NCBI GenBank assembly: GCA_965637545.1
Contig: OZ281501.1
Span: forward strand, 2,604,001 to 2,668,000
From: Phallusia mammillata
Taxonomy: Eukaryota
DNA: 64,000 nucleotides
Direction: 5' to 3'
Under the pieces are notes generated by a model. It ran no database searches. It was not told the DNA's origin and saw only the letters and a program-made list of their open reading frames with translations. A program made the translations under genes and the position numbers. Below, piece by piece: positions 24,501 through 39,500 of the stretch. Each line of letters opens with the position of its first letter. Positions within the stretch are counted from its first letter, which is position 1.

Positions 24501-27500
24501 TCATAACATAATGAGTAATTTTTGCTAAACCATACAAAAAATAACGTAAATGTAATCTTACGAAGACTTCACACAATAAGATTTTTGGGCGTCCAGACGC
24601 TAATATAGTAATATAGACCGGTTTGGGCGCCTTGTAAGTGTAGATGTGAGTCATATTCGTTCAATTTACCAACCTTGGCCGGAGAAATGACATGAATTAT
24701 TCATTAGGGTTTGTATTCGTTGACAGTTGTAAATGAAATGTCACATTATATTCAAACCTGACATTACACACAGAAAGTGTCCTTCATTTTTCTGCAGCAA
24801 AACTTTTTTCGTTCAAATTTAATGAGTTTAAGTAAAAAAAAAACATAAAACAAAAAACTCGTTTAAAATACTGCGAAGTCAGTCAAAAACGTGTTTGTGT
24901 CACATTTAAATGGATCTTAGCAACTTAAGACTCAATCAAAGACAGAACGATTTTTCGCACGAAAAAATTCTGGAGGGTTTAAATCTTTGCGTCCGCCATA
25001 ATATCACATCTCTGTCGAAATTCCAACTTTTCAAATTCTCATTAATCGTGATCCGCCGCATTTTCGGTGGCCTAAACCGGCAAGCACAAACAAACAGGCG
25101 CCCTGGTGGCCACTACTGTTTGCCTGGAAGGTAATAAACCGAGGTTAAAGTTTACTCAGCCAACTGCGTCCGTTTGGTTTCCATAAATTCCACCAACTAT
25201 CTTGTGGGTGTCTTGTCAGGCAAATGTTAAATATGTTGTTTACCAAATCATCGCTACTTTACGACCGAATTCTGATTGTCTCACGGCTTAAACCAGTGGT
25301 TCTCAACTCGTTTCAGGCCATGGGCCACCAGTTCAATTAAATGAATATCGTGAACCAGTCGATTGTTAAGTATAAGAATAAAGATAGCGTCCACAACAAG
25401 CATGTTGTCTTGAAACATTCGAGGGGTGATATCAAACAACTAACACCTAACAACAAATGTCCAATAACTTGGATAAGCTTTTTTCCTACTAAATATTCAA
25501 TAAATTATATGCAACTATTTTCAGTTTATAACCAAATTTAATTAACGTCCTGTGGACCACCTGAAAAGTCATCATGGACCACCAGTTAAACTTAAACAGT
25601 CGCCAGTTGCTACTAAGATAATTGAAAGCATTATCTAGAAATAAAAATTGACCATATTGTCCAAAACTATATTTTGGACTGTGTTTTGAATATTAAATTT
25701 GGATGAAATCTTCTGTATAAAAAAACCGATCGGATTTTGGTGGGTTAGACATCATGTAGGAGTTATCCAACCGTGACAAAAGTCGCGTGTGGCACGTCAC
25801 GCATCATTAAACACGCTAAAACTTTTCAAACGCCTTAATGCGATTATTTGAAATCGAACGATAACGATTTCTCTCCAGAGGGATAGAAACGGAAATGTAG
25901 GCGGGTTTCAAATTACGCAGATCTGTGTAACGCGTATTAAAGCTGGAAATAGTATCAAAATAATCCGAAAAACTGTTCATGTTTTACAAATGTTCACTTT
26001 GCAGTCTCTGAAGTGATTTAATATGGTTAATAAATAGACAATAAGTTGATATGAAATCGCAAAACATTTTGACCAAAAAATAATATAAAACTTGCATACG
26101 GTAAATATATTAACAAAACGTATGTGTGTGAGCGTTTTAATTACTGTTTTGAAAATCTGTACATTTCATTAAAATATGTAAGTTTGTGTCTCTACTGTTT
26201 CCAAGCAAAAAAGGTTTGAATAAGAAATTCCATCAGCAAACATAAAACATTTTCAAGTGCACGGATCCCGTTCTGGCAAAACGACTAGACAGTCGAAATC
26301 TAATCAAGCGAAACAGCCATTAACAATAGAAAACCAACGCGACACTGAAAATACGGTGCAATTTAATTTCTTGTTGACACCCAAACCGAGTCATTGTGAC
26401 GTCACATCACGTGGTCGCTCCACTTGACCTGCGCCTGATTCAGGAGGCAGGAGTGCAGCCTTTTGGTGGTGTACGATTTCTGGCGTTAAACTATTTTCCC
26501 ATGGATTCTAGCTGTGCGTGTGATTTGACTGTTTGTGTGCGTCTCGTGTCGATGTTTGTGTTTTAGACATGAACAAGTAAATGCAAAAAAAATACCGAAT
26601 CTTTACTTGCTTGCATGTGTGACTGTACAAAAAGCGCTTAACTATTACCTTATGTAGGCATTGAAATTTAAAAGTTATATTAACTGTAAGAAACGGAAAA
26701 CAAAACAAAATGTGATGCTACCAAACGTTTTAAGCGAAACATTACCTTTTTTCCATAACACCAAAAAATCTAGTTGCACATTGTAAACGTAGCGACGAAG
26801 TGATTTAAATTTTTACGGATTGGGGTATTTGTTTGTTCAATTAAATTTAAAGGTGTCCTTGACATATCAAAAAAAACTAGGGACACTTGATCTTAAGTGC
26901 TTGGGTGGTCTCTGCAAACCACACCACACTTTATTGTTTCCCAAATATCCAGTTCCCCTTTAATGGTCACTGGCATGCCTCATGCAAGTCTAGATGGGTC
27001 GCGTGTCATTTCGTGTTAACAAGCCCTACCATAGCGCCGACCTCATTTTTTGTAGCTAGTTGCCTTTGTCATACGACACGCGTCGTATCAGGGCGTTAGC
27101 TTACACAGTTTCGTGTAATTATTGCTAGCTACCGGTGTTCGGTCGTGACCTTTGCCCTATTTTGTGACATAAAGACGCTTTAAGCCGCGTGTTCACCAAG
27201 TACTGGGAGGGATTGCTTGACAAACTTACAAAATATGGGCGTTTTTACTCCTTTTTGCCCAATTGTACAACATTTTTTTATTTTTTTTACCGTTGTTGTA
27301 ATTGCTTTGGCCTGAGCAAAACGTTTCAATTTGAAATTTTGAATACAAATTATAGTTTGTTTGTTTTTTTCACAAATTCTAGTACCACAGAAATCTTTTT
27401 TCCCAGGTATCAATAGCATTGCTCTTCAGAACACACCCCTTGCAAAAGCAATACTTTAGGTGCATTCCCTCTTGCAAAACCCACCCCTATATCCTTGGCA

Positions 27501-30500
27501 CGCGTCCAAAATTTTCAATAGGGCGTATCGGCCATTTTGAAATGTGACCTACCCATTGACGCGATTGAGCAAACCGAATATTTGCACTAAATAGCTTGTG
27601 CACATAGCATTCCACGCAAGGTTGCGATTGACTTCACCCGTATCGGGAATCGGGTTCAAATACCGGGTTTTCTGCGGCATTTTCCCGTGACTTAACACAT
27701 AATGTTGATGCAAGGATCGGTGTGAAGTTTTCTTCTTCCGCGGTTTGACCTTGATTCGACTTTGAAGAAAGATCACACGATAAATTTTAAAACATAATAT
27801 CCTTGATCCATGAATTCCTCAGTCTTCTGCAGAAATGCTTTAAAACTTCCAAAATTGGTGCACAAATTCTGAAGAGCTTATTTACGGGGAATATACTTAA
27901 TTTATCCATTTAAGCAAACGCTATAATAATTACCATTGTGGTAATCGTTATTTGCTGAAAATACCCATCACGGTTGTTAAAAAGTCTGCATTGCTATGTA
28001 TTCACTTTATTAAACTTTTTGCAGTTTTTGATGAATCGTTTAGTTTTGGCTGAAAAAAATAAAAGTTTTGGTTGTAAATTGTAAAACGGCAACAAAGCAT
28101 TTTGTTTTATTTGAAATTTGATTGCAGTATTGACATCCAAAATTCATCCAAAAAGTTTTCTTAATAAGTCCACCAGTCATAGGTTTTACTGCTAATCCAG
28201 TGTTACATATATAAGGTACACGTTTGTCAATATTATTGTACGATAAATTATTCGTTGAACCTTTGCCATTGTATTTAAAGTGTCTAACTTAACACATGTA
28301 TAAACATTGGCCGTTAAACACTATCATTTTAATTTCAGGCCAATTCCAGATTTGAACTGATTGATCAGTGTCGAAACGATTACGAGGAAGAAATGTTTAA
28401 ATGCATTTATAAACAGGAAAGTCGGCAAAGGTGGGTAGAACTTATTGAAACAACAAAAATTTAACATAGGCTACCGCTACAGCACAAACTAGGAATGTGG
28501 ACACCGAATGTAATGTTGGAAGTAAAGTCCAATCATACAGTGGTGGGATTTAAATTTTTAGTCACCCGGTTCTATTACAAAAGTCTTTCAGCCGGTGCTG
28601 TTACAAAAAGTCCATCGACAGTAACCAGTAATGCTAACCGGTTCGCTGATATCCTAAAATGTCGTTGGACGTGCTGGTTCTATAGAAACGGTGCGTCCGA
28701 CTGAATCACATCACTGCAATCATATATGATACTGTAGCAACTTCCTATTTGGGGGTCTTTACGAGTTAATCTTTAAGTACATTTTAAAAATAATGTTTCA
28801 CTATTTTAAGTGTGTTATATGAGCTAATAGTCAAACGCAGTGGTTCTCACCTTTTTGTATTGTCGGGGCCAAAAGGTAGTTTTTTAAGTGTGTAAGGAGC
28901 CGCAAAAAACAATAAAAAAGGTGACCAGCAAACAACAAAAGTCTGAAGTTTCTTTTATAGCTGTGATGGTGATATTATAATCTTTGTTGATTTTCTGAGG
29001 TCTGATGGTGAGGGTCGCAAAATAAGTAGTTGGAAGCCGCATGCAGCCCTTAGAGCCGGGGTTGAGAATCACTAGTCAAAAGCATAAAAATAAGCACCCA
29101 AAAATTACCGAAACATCTTATATGTTTTGCAGATGCTGTGGAAGGAATAGAGAAACTTCAAGCAGTTGTCGTCATATGTGTGAACGAGCGTTCGGTAACG
29201 ATCGCCGATCACCCACACCCAACGACATTATTGCTGTAGTGGACGCACAGTGTGGAGATACGATGGAAAGATGTATGGAAGAATTTGCTAATGCCACCAA
29301 ACAGACCTTTATCGACAGTAAGTGAATATGATTTGTATAGGAAATTTTGATGGTTTTAGGCAGAGTGTGAAGTTAGGTCCGAATAAAGTCCGTCTTGTTA
29401 AAACCGAAACTCACACGAAAAATACACAACCTAAATTACATCTTTGTCACAATAGCGTCCCACTTTTTTACGCACATAATCATTCGTTGCCTAAAGACTT
29501 GTTGCACTTACAATATATTTAAAATTAAAAACTAGATTTTTTGAGTTCTTTAGGTTCTGCCCAAAACAAAATTACCAATATCTCATTGAAAAATATTTTT
29601 CTTTGAAATCCACAACAATACAATAGTTAGGCGTAAAAAGTGTGTCCATCCTACAACTTTTTCCCGGCATGCATCGACAGATTAAAATTGTGTTGTCACT
29701 GGTTCCTTGTAAATGCAAAACCTGACTCCTGTTGGATTGTGATTACATGCAGCGGTTTTCCATAAATTCTACGAAGAATCTCGTATCAGTTTTAAGCAAA
29801 GGAGTGTATGTTAAGCTTTGTAGTGTTGGCAGATGTACATGAAACCATGTACAAGCCCACACACATGTTAGGTTGTCAAAACTTCTAAAATCTAAAAGAC
29901 AAGAAAAATGGTAAAAACCGGCTGTTCCCAAATGGGACCCCCTGGTGCGTCGTTCCAAAAACAGTACGTTTACCTCAGCTAACAAGTCGTAGAATTTGGA
30001 AAACTTTCAGTAAAAATATCATAAACCCAATCAATATATGTCAAAATAAAAAAAAAAGATTTTTTTGTTAAAGGTTCATGTATTACCCGTAAAAAGTGTA
30101 CGGTACATCATTTACTCTAACATAGGGCGTTTCAGTTTTAACAAAAAAAAACGCATCAAAAAGTGATAGACGATTTTTATCAACTTTCAATTCAAGATTA
30201 GCGTCTAGGCCATGTTTCATCTATCAATATAGATGTTACTATCTTGAAAGCAAAATCATGTGTTCTATTGTCATTCATAAATCGAGTCGCACGATTCTTG
30301 TGCCCGAGCGCCGTTCAACAACCTAGTACTGTCAACACCCAGTAATTTTCACCAAACGCCATCTTGGGAGGGAGTTGATTTTCCAAAATTTTGCCTCACA
30401 TTCATTTCCGAGACGTTTAAACCCGAATATTGAGTTTAACTAGTAGCTAACAAAGCAATTTTTAAAATTTAATGAAGTATTCCAGCCCGTGAAAGTGTGG

Positions 30501-33500
30501 GTGTGCTTCCAGTATTCAAAAACAGGAAGTAGTTTTAACTAAGGTTGCATAAGTATAAATAAATTGGTAAATTATAAAAAAAAAATCTTGCACAATCGCA
30601 TAACCTTATTAAGGCAAATTTTTGTTCCATTATATCTGCATAATCGCATAACATAGCAATTTTATACTTAAATCGTAATTTTGACGGAAAATATAAGCCG
30701 TTCGTTTAGTATTTCCCTAGTAATGTGGACTGCAAAGGGCCTAAATGTTTGTCCTATCACTTGGGCACCTTGTATTTTATTCGACCAGAGTATGCTTGCT
30801 TGTATCGACAAAGGTAACCCAATTACTCTCATATACCGCCACATACCGTGTATAAGAAATCCCATCAAAGATCTGTTGTAAGAACATGCGAATGCGCACA
30901 GGCGGTGGCTTTGAAATTCCACAAAAGCTGATCGGAAATCGATGGGTGTTATATAAACGTATCTGAGACAGATGTAAGATCAAAGCCCGACTAGAGGTGT
31001 TGTTTTTGTAAGCTCCATTATGGCTGATGCAATTATACGTGTCATATACATAGTGCTATGGTATCCGCTTCTAGCTGGTCTCAAGGGTGAACGACCGGTA
31101 ATATAATCGCTTCGTTTGCGTTGATTCTTCAACGGATGTATAAGTGAATTATGGATCACAAAGCACTGTTGCATTGTGGCAGCGGCCATGCCCAGTGGTT
31201 ATAGATTAGGGATTCTAAAAAAACTTTTATTTTTTTATGTTTAAGTAACACGTTTATAACAAAACAAGGTTGTGCATGACAATCCTAAAGGAGAGATGAG
31301 ATGAGTTTATTTCTTTATTTGGTGAACTTAGCGACACAATTGCACTAAAACAATCACCAAGCCGGAAACGTATTTTTTAACGTATTTTTAACACTTGCTT
31401 ATTTTTAATTCATGTTTATAATATAAGTTAGTTCAAGATCTAACGTTGTTCGCCGGCTTCTGTTCGGTATTTTCACTCACTTTCAACCAATCATCTTTGT
31501 ATGCAGAACTTCCATGCTGCGATCTTTCGGACAATTCCATTTGTCAAAAATCGTGCAAAAAAATTCTCCAATCCGAGATTTCGCCCCAGGAACCCATCAG
31601 TCAGCTGGTAGAAGTTTGTGGCGAATTGATTCCCCACCTGCCCTTGTGGAAGTGTTTTATCGAAACAAATGTCCACGTGGAGGAGCCAGGGAGAGGCAGA
31701 ACCTTACCTGAGATGATGTGCTGTGATAAAGCATTGTCTGTAAATTGTAAAGATAACTGCAAAAAGGTGAGAATGTGTTTTTGTTAATGTTATATGAATT
31801 GTAATGTTTGGAATTGATAAGTTATGTAATGAATAATATTAGTGTAAGGAATTAACTTTTTGTTTTGCATTTGGCTTTTAAAAAAAAAAAATCCAAATAT
31901 TTTTTCTCTTTTTTTTTTTTGAAATAACCTAAAAATTGTTTTCAGTTGATTTAAATCAAACATTTTGAAAGTTAAACTTGTTTGTTTTTTCTTTTTTCGT
32001 GAGACACAAAGGTTCAAATCTCACGTAGGACCGATACGCTGCTCAGAACATTCTAACTCCATTTGCAAACTCCATTTGTACAATCACTTGCAATAAAAAT
32101 ACATTTCATTTCAAAGGTCTTTGCCAATCCCTGGCCCGAACCACCGGCTTGGGAGGATTTCCAGAATACGTGTGAATCTTATGAAAGAGAGGCAGAATTG
32201 ACTGGATGTCTTGAAGAAGGTATGTAAATAAAATCAAATAGACCAAATATTTTATTATCTGCGCTTAAAAAACGAACGTGATTTATTAATTTCTCTAAAA
32301 AAGGAAAGAAAAAACCTTCATTTTTTTGACATAAGCCTGCCAGCCTGATTTTAGAATTTGAAACAAATGTTTCTGAAAAAATCCAAGCCCGTTTTCTGAT
32401 TTTAAAAAATAATTTCATTGTAAAAATGCCAATTGTAGTTAATCAACGTTCTGAAAATACAAACAACTAATTAGATTCAATGGTTTAAAAAATTTTGTTT
32501 TCCCCCCACACAGCTGCGCGAACCACTTGCGCAGTGGCTTTCCGCCCCAGGAAGCCGCACCCGCCAAGTAATTTCGATTTAATCCGGGGCGAAGTCAAGC
32601 GTGCAGCCAACACACGCTAATAGCTTCATGTACATTAGGCTAACACCGGATAAGCACCGGATTTGAACCCGGGACCCTTTGATCTTTAAACCATCCTGTT
32701 TGAAATGACTTCCAGTTGTGCGTTCTTCACAACCGACAATCCTGAATGGACCTAGATTCCTAATGCAAATTATTGGCTGTTGTTATGTTACAAATTTTAG
32801 GACGTCTTAATTTTCACCACAATTTTTAACATATTAATCTATACAATTGCTCGCGTATTTGGTTAATTATGCAACAGTGCTTTGATTTTGCCGTTTTGTA
32901 AACAATTTTTTATGTTCAGTAATGAGGCACAGAAGAAATAGTTTTTTAATAATATTTACCCTACTAAACAGAAGACATAATATACCCAATTAAAAAAGCC
33001 CAACATGTTAATTATTGGGAAATAAATAACAGAAAAAAATAAAAAAGCAAACCTACCGTAAGTAATAACTAAAATCGTCAGAGCGCATTTAGTCAGACAA
33101 AGACCCGAACGCATAAATTGGTACTTAGGAAATGCAATTAATAAAGTCATAAATGTATTTTCTTGCAGTACGAAGCCCGTGCAAGATGGGTTGCCACGAA
33201 TTGTCGTTCTGTACAAACTTCAACAATAGACCTACTGAGCTGTTCCGAAAATGCGATGCAGACGGCGACACGATAGCTCGTCATTCGTACAAGTAAGATA
33301 TGAAATCTGTTGAACCTAAAGAAGTTACATATTAACTTGTTGTGGCTTTAAACTGTAAAGATTTAAAAACAATAAAAAATACTTTGCACTGATGATGACA
33401 ACAGTAATTGTTAAATCGTAATTAAAGTACAATGTTTTTTCTGTATACATGTTCACTGGCAGTTTTGTTTTGTATTTGAGCTAAAAGTTTGTCAATAATG

Positions 33501-36500
33501 GATTAAAAAAATCGAAAAATTGTTAAGAAACTTGCTTCTGATTTTTTTCGAATTGATTGTGATTGCTTAAACTCACGTTAAAGCACTATACTACTGGTCT
33601 TTGAGGTTTGAAATCTTGAGTAGCATTCACTTATGTTTAAGTTGAACTTATTTTTGTTTTGCAGTTCTTGGTTAAGTGGAGTAATTCGGATTCTTCACTT
33701 TAACATTTCGGTAAAAGATATAACCACATGTGAACCGGAAAAATGGAAAATGGTTGCATGTGCGATGAATATTAAACCGTGCAGTAAACGAACCGGGGAA
33801 GCCATTATTTGCAGGTATAAAAGGGTTCAGAATTTTTCTATTGGTTATGCTTGCTCACTTTTGCAATAACAAAATATTTTTAAAATGTGGCTTAGCTATG
33901 AGAAATAGTCAAAAACGAATAAAACTTGAAAATTTAAAATATGGAAAGTCTCAAACTTATGTAAAATCATGAAAAAATATGAAATAGGTAACTAAAGTAA
34001 ATTTTAAAAAATATCATTTATTCAACTAAAAATATATATTTCAAATAGTGCCTAAAATTACTAAAGTCGCTTCAAACACATTCTGTTTCAAGGTTTTAAA
34101 CATGTTTTTCATTTGTATCTTTAAAAAGGTCTGACTGCCTTGATCTGCTGAACAAGTGTGTCCACAAACATCTGTTACCCGCTGCAATTACTGTGGATCA
34201 AATTTGTGAAAGTTTATCGCCACATCATCTACAGTCAAAATGCATTTCAATTTCAACTTACACAAGTAAGAACTAAATTTTGAACCACACAAAAAGTCTG
34301 GAAAATACTAAACAAAGAATACATTGTATTGTAAATGTATTAGAATCTGTTATAGTTATACTAATAGATTTCAAAACAGTTTACTAAAAGGAGTAATTTT
34401 CAAGAAAAAACAACAATATAATATCGTGTAACAATAACTATTGTTTTTGCATTGATACATTTGCAGAAAGAACATTTGCAAAAGAATGCATTTACACCAT
34501 ACATGCTTTTAGGTATAGCTTTGTGTTCAATCAATCTCCTTTAGTTGGTCTTTTAATTTTTGTTTAAAAATGCTTTAAAAAACTTTTGTGTTTCCAGAAC
34601 CCGGACAGGTATCAAAGACAGTCAACGTCACTCAACCGTGTCTCCCCAACCCGTGTGAAAGTGGAGAGGTTTGCGTCATCAACAGGAATCCTTGTGACGC
34701 AACAAAGCCCTGTCCAAAATATTCATGTTTGCCAGGTAAGCCAAGTAAATGTTGTTTGTAGACCTGATAGATTGCTTAAATATATTGAAAAAGGTTCTAA
34801 TATTCAAATTGTACTGATTTTTGTGGCAATGATCGAACAATGTAAATGTAATAAATCTTGCAAATAAATTATGAGCTAGTTTATGGCAAAAACCACGTAG
34901 AACATGTAAACTCAAATTGCACAACGCTAAAGATTAGGAACACTTTTTACTAACTGGAAGTGAATTATTAGCATGTTAAAAGCAGAAAAAGAGATAAAGA
35001 AGGCCATTAAAATCTTTTAATTGTTGGCACTTTCGTTTACTAAAAAGCTGAAACAAGAAAATAAACTTGTATAGGCCTACTCTGACTAAAAACATTTTTA
35101 TGTCCAGGTTGCAAGATGGGACAGGGCTCCACTTTTGTGGTTCCGTATGGTTCCTTGGTTCGTGTGTTGGATCATACTAGAGGGGACGGCTGCTTCAAAG
35201 CCTGTACATGCACGAAATCTGGATCTCTAAGAAGATGCCACGCACTGCAATGCACAGATGGAAAAAGAGAATGCAATCTGGCTGGGCAATTGCGAAGTAA
35301 GGCTAAAATTATTTGATTTCGGCGTTTAGCTGTCAAAATGGTCTATACTTTGTTCATTAAAGTCTTTTTTAGTACATTTTAGTCAATGTCTAAATACTTC
35401 AAAAAAATTATACAGTTGTAATGTATTGTTTAAAAATGACTAAACATGAAATGCAATAGTGGATTTTAGCGGCAAAATTTTAAACTTTTCTAATGTTTTA
35501 GGTCATGGAAGTCACTTTTACGTTGACTGCAACTTCTGTAGTTGTTATAACGGGGTGGTGACGTGCACAAAACGTCAGTGTTTGACGTCAAAAAGTTCGG
35601 TCGAAGAAAAACGAAAATTCACAGGTAGGGTTACCACCAGGTTTTTTTTTAAAGTTTGGTTTGGGTGACCGCTAAGTAGTTTTAAGAGACCGCAAGTGTT
35701 TCATTTAAATACCAAAAAAGTTGCAAGTCCAAATTTTGGGAAACCGCTGGAGAAATTTGGGGGACCGTTTAAAATATTTCAATGTTCCTATTTCCTAAAA
35801 TTTAATACTTTCAGGCGTTCCTTGTGACTGTGAAAACAATTATTCTCCGGTTTGTGGGGCTGACGGTCGAACCTATCCAAGTTTGTGCCTGGCAGCTTGT
35901 TTCGGGATGCCGCCAAGTGATGTCACAATTGGAACTTGTAGCAGCCAGGATCCATGTCAGAATAATCCGTGCGGGGAAAGAGAAAGGTGACGAAAGATAA
36001 TTTTTTTGTTATGGTTATAAATGTATTTCAAAATTCAAAATATCTAACTCCGTTTTTTTGACAATACCGTTTAAAATTGTTAAATCGCGTTTAAATCAGT
36101 TGGGTGGAAAAATATGGGACAAAAACCGATCAAACCCAGTATAAAAGTGTGCTATTTCTAAAAGAAGCCACCCAAAATTAATATAAAGTTATTGTACTAC
36201 ATTTTCTGTTAAAAACTCAACATAACTTTATTTGCTTAAAAAAAAACTCTACCTTTACTATTAATAGATATTTTAAGTAGTGTTTTTTTCGCAAAGATTT
36301 GCCTAAAAATGTGTGTCAATGTATACGTTTGCACCAGTTAAATCTAGAAAGTAAAAGAGAAACAGATTTATTCTAAAATTTATAAAAACCTCTGAGCATA
36401 CGTTAACACACTATTCTTTAACAGGTGCGTTGCTTCGCCAAGAGTCTGTCTCACTCAAATTCACAAATGTCAGCAATACGAATGTATTCCGAGATTTCGG

Positions 36501-39500
36501 GTTTGCAGCAGGTGGCTCCGCAACGCCATTCAGCGGGCAACAGGAAGCCTGAAACCGTCGCATCGTCATCAACTTGTTCATGACGAAGAACAGGTAAAAT
36601 CTCAGTACAATGTAACATTTAGTTGAGATGTTATTAACATTTAAGTCTTGACTGACAAGTGCTCGAAAATACATGAATTTAGTACAAAAATAGATGTTGG
36701 CCACTTTTTAGTTTTGCACTTTTGCCCTTGACCACAATGATGGCCACAAACAGTTGTTAAAACGTCTGCAAAGATTGCATTCGCTGTCTACAAATTTTTT
36801 TGCTGTTTGTTTGGGTTGTGTTATGTAAAATTCAATGACATGTTGATAGCTTTGAAAAAACAATATGAAAGATATAAAAAACATGAAGAAAAAGAGGTAT
36901 ATACTAAACTCAAATTCTATTACACTCAAATCGGTCGGCGTTTTTTGTTATGTAATGTAAAATATAAAAATCGAGTTCTTGTTCAAGAACTGTGGATGCC
37001 AATATATCGGCGAAATCGATGTTATGTATGTGACATTACATAACGAAAAAGACAGACTGAATTGTACTAAAGGTTTCAGTTTAGCATATATCTGCAATTG
37101 GAATCGTGTGTTATGAGCGAGCAACTACGTCAGGCAAAGGCGTAAATTGCGTACTTTATCATTTTTTAACTGAACACGGTTCAATTGTCAGGTGATTCTC
37201 TCCTCCTCTCGTTTCTTCTCCTCCGCCGCATTTCTCTCCAACAATAGTGTCTCTTGTGACGTTAACAATCAGCAGTTCGATGACGTCTGCAAACTGATGC
37301 GCGCTAAACGAAGAAACTTGGCTTATACTGGAGAATGCAAGGTACGAAAAATTTGTGATTTTTATCAATTTTGCCTAGAACAGGTTCTGAACCAGCTTCG
37401 TGCAACTGACCGTGAAATATAATTGTTAATCTGATAATACACTTTAATGGTTGTATTTAAACTGGTCAGAAATCTTTGTGTATTAAATTTATTGAAAGAA
37501 ACCGTTGCAAAAAAAAAAGAAAATAAATAACTAGTCTGACTGTGTCATATGGTAGCGGTTTTATATTAAAAGACATTTTGGTTTTAGAGTACTTGCTCGT
37601 CTCATCACGGTCGACCGGTTTGCGGTCACGATCGTGTGACGTACAACAATTCATGCGTGGCTGAAGCCAACGGCGTGCTGGTTGACCACGTGGGGGCGTG
37701 CAAGAGCGTGGGATTGGCCGAAGGTAAGCTGCCATTCCAAAAAAAACGCTTGTTTCTGTTTTGTTGCTTTTTTATGACTTGTTTATTTACACAATTCAGT
37801 GTGAACAATTTACTTATACTGGTATGATTTACAATTACGCCCAATTTCTGTAACATTTAAGTCAATGGTAGTAAGTAGTAACTTTCAAAGCCATTACGTC
37901 ATCAAAACATGACGTGATTTCAACATCAGGGCATGCGCCAGACTGCAAAAATGTTTTACTAAATCTTATTGTTGTATAACAAGCATTTCCGCGCAGAAAA
38001 AATATGGTATGTTAAGCCTATGTTAAAACAATTTGCACCTTGGTGAGATGTAAACCCTTTACACATACTTCAATGCAGATCCCACTAATACACAATTTAT
38101 CAATACCAATATTCCATAAATTTTACCAAACCACACAATTGGTAAGTATGAAATAAAAGTTAACAACTCAATACGTTGCACACAGACAAAAAGAATGCAG
38201 AGGCCTGCGAAGATGTGATGTGTCCACCTCTCGCCAACACAAAGTGCAAAGCAATCCGACCACCGGATGAATGTTGTCCATTATGTGGTGGATTGCTTCG
38301 TGTAATGCTGAATAAACAACATCTTCGAGCGATAACTGAAGACGTTTGGAAAGGTACATACCTTGTTTACTTGTTTGCATTTGGGTGTTTTTGTCTGTGC
38401 AAGAAAAAATATCTGTGTGTTCTTATTGTAACGCAAGACATTCTACAAATAGCAGATTTGGTTTTGAACAACTGCATAGATTGGAGCAGGGTTTCAAAAT
38501 TGGGCATTTTTGTATAATTAGGTGGACGGTATGAATGCATAGGATTCAATGGATAAGAACCAGATTGTGGTCAAAAACCGTTTTCATTTGGGAAACAAAC
38601 AATGAAAACGATACAGAAGTTTTGGTGGAATAAATAGATTGAAGCCCTTGTTTAAAAGCATTTTTTTGTTTTGTTCAACTTTTTCAACGTTTCTAAATGC
38701 TTTTTCGAAAAGAATCATTTTATGCTGTTTGTTTTCATAATCACGAAATTCCCCTTTAACCGCGTTTTTCATTTGTCTAAAATTGCAAAACCTAATCAGG
38801 TCGCTATAGCAATCTTGATACACAGAGATAATAAAATTCCTTTTCCTTTATCAGGTCCAGTGACCGTTCACGACATCGTGTGGCAATTACGCAGTCGCCT
38901 CAATGTGCTCGAGTGCGCCATCTCTGGTCAGCTTACCACTGAAGGCGACCTTGCCATTCTTATCGTATCCAACGTGGAGAACCCGTCACTTGTTCAGGTA
39001 AATTTTGTTCAAACCATATAAAGACAATGAAATGATGTTTTTCGTATTGTTCACAAATCATTGAACTTAACACTTCAAGTTTCAAAAGTTGCTTATTGGG
39101 GGATTAAATACACAACTAGTAAACTTACAAACTATTATTGCCGTTTTTATGAGTTTTTGTAGAGGTATAAATTATACATATGTTGGATAATTAAACAAAA
39201 TAATATTTATAGCTGGAATAAGGCAGATCAAATAGGGACTAACTTAGCCTTACTGTGTATGCCAACAAAATACGTTACTTTTTTTAGAACTCAAAACAAA
39301 CACGGAAATACTAAACACAAATTAACCACATTTTGAAATCCCAGGTGGAAGCTTGTTCGCGGGAAGCAGAAAGACTCTCTCGTCTCATCAACTCCCGGAG
39401 TCCAACTCTGACTTCGTATCTAACTCTGTCTCCACTCACTGCAGCAACTCTCTCTACGTCAGACCACTTCAACGGGGCTGTGACGTCACGCGGAGGCCTG

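Noticed and set aside
4900-27000. Recurrent TGACGTCA (CRE) and TCF-like ATCAAAG/CTTTGAT motifs
   Set aside because: They occur across the whole window, including exons; enrichment cannot be shown without a background model.
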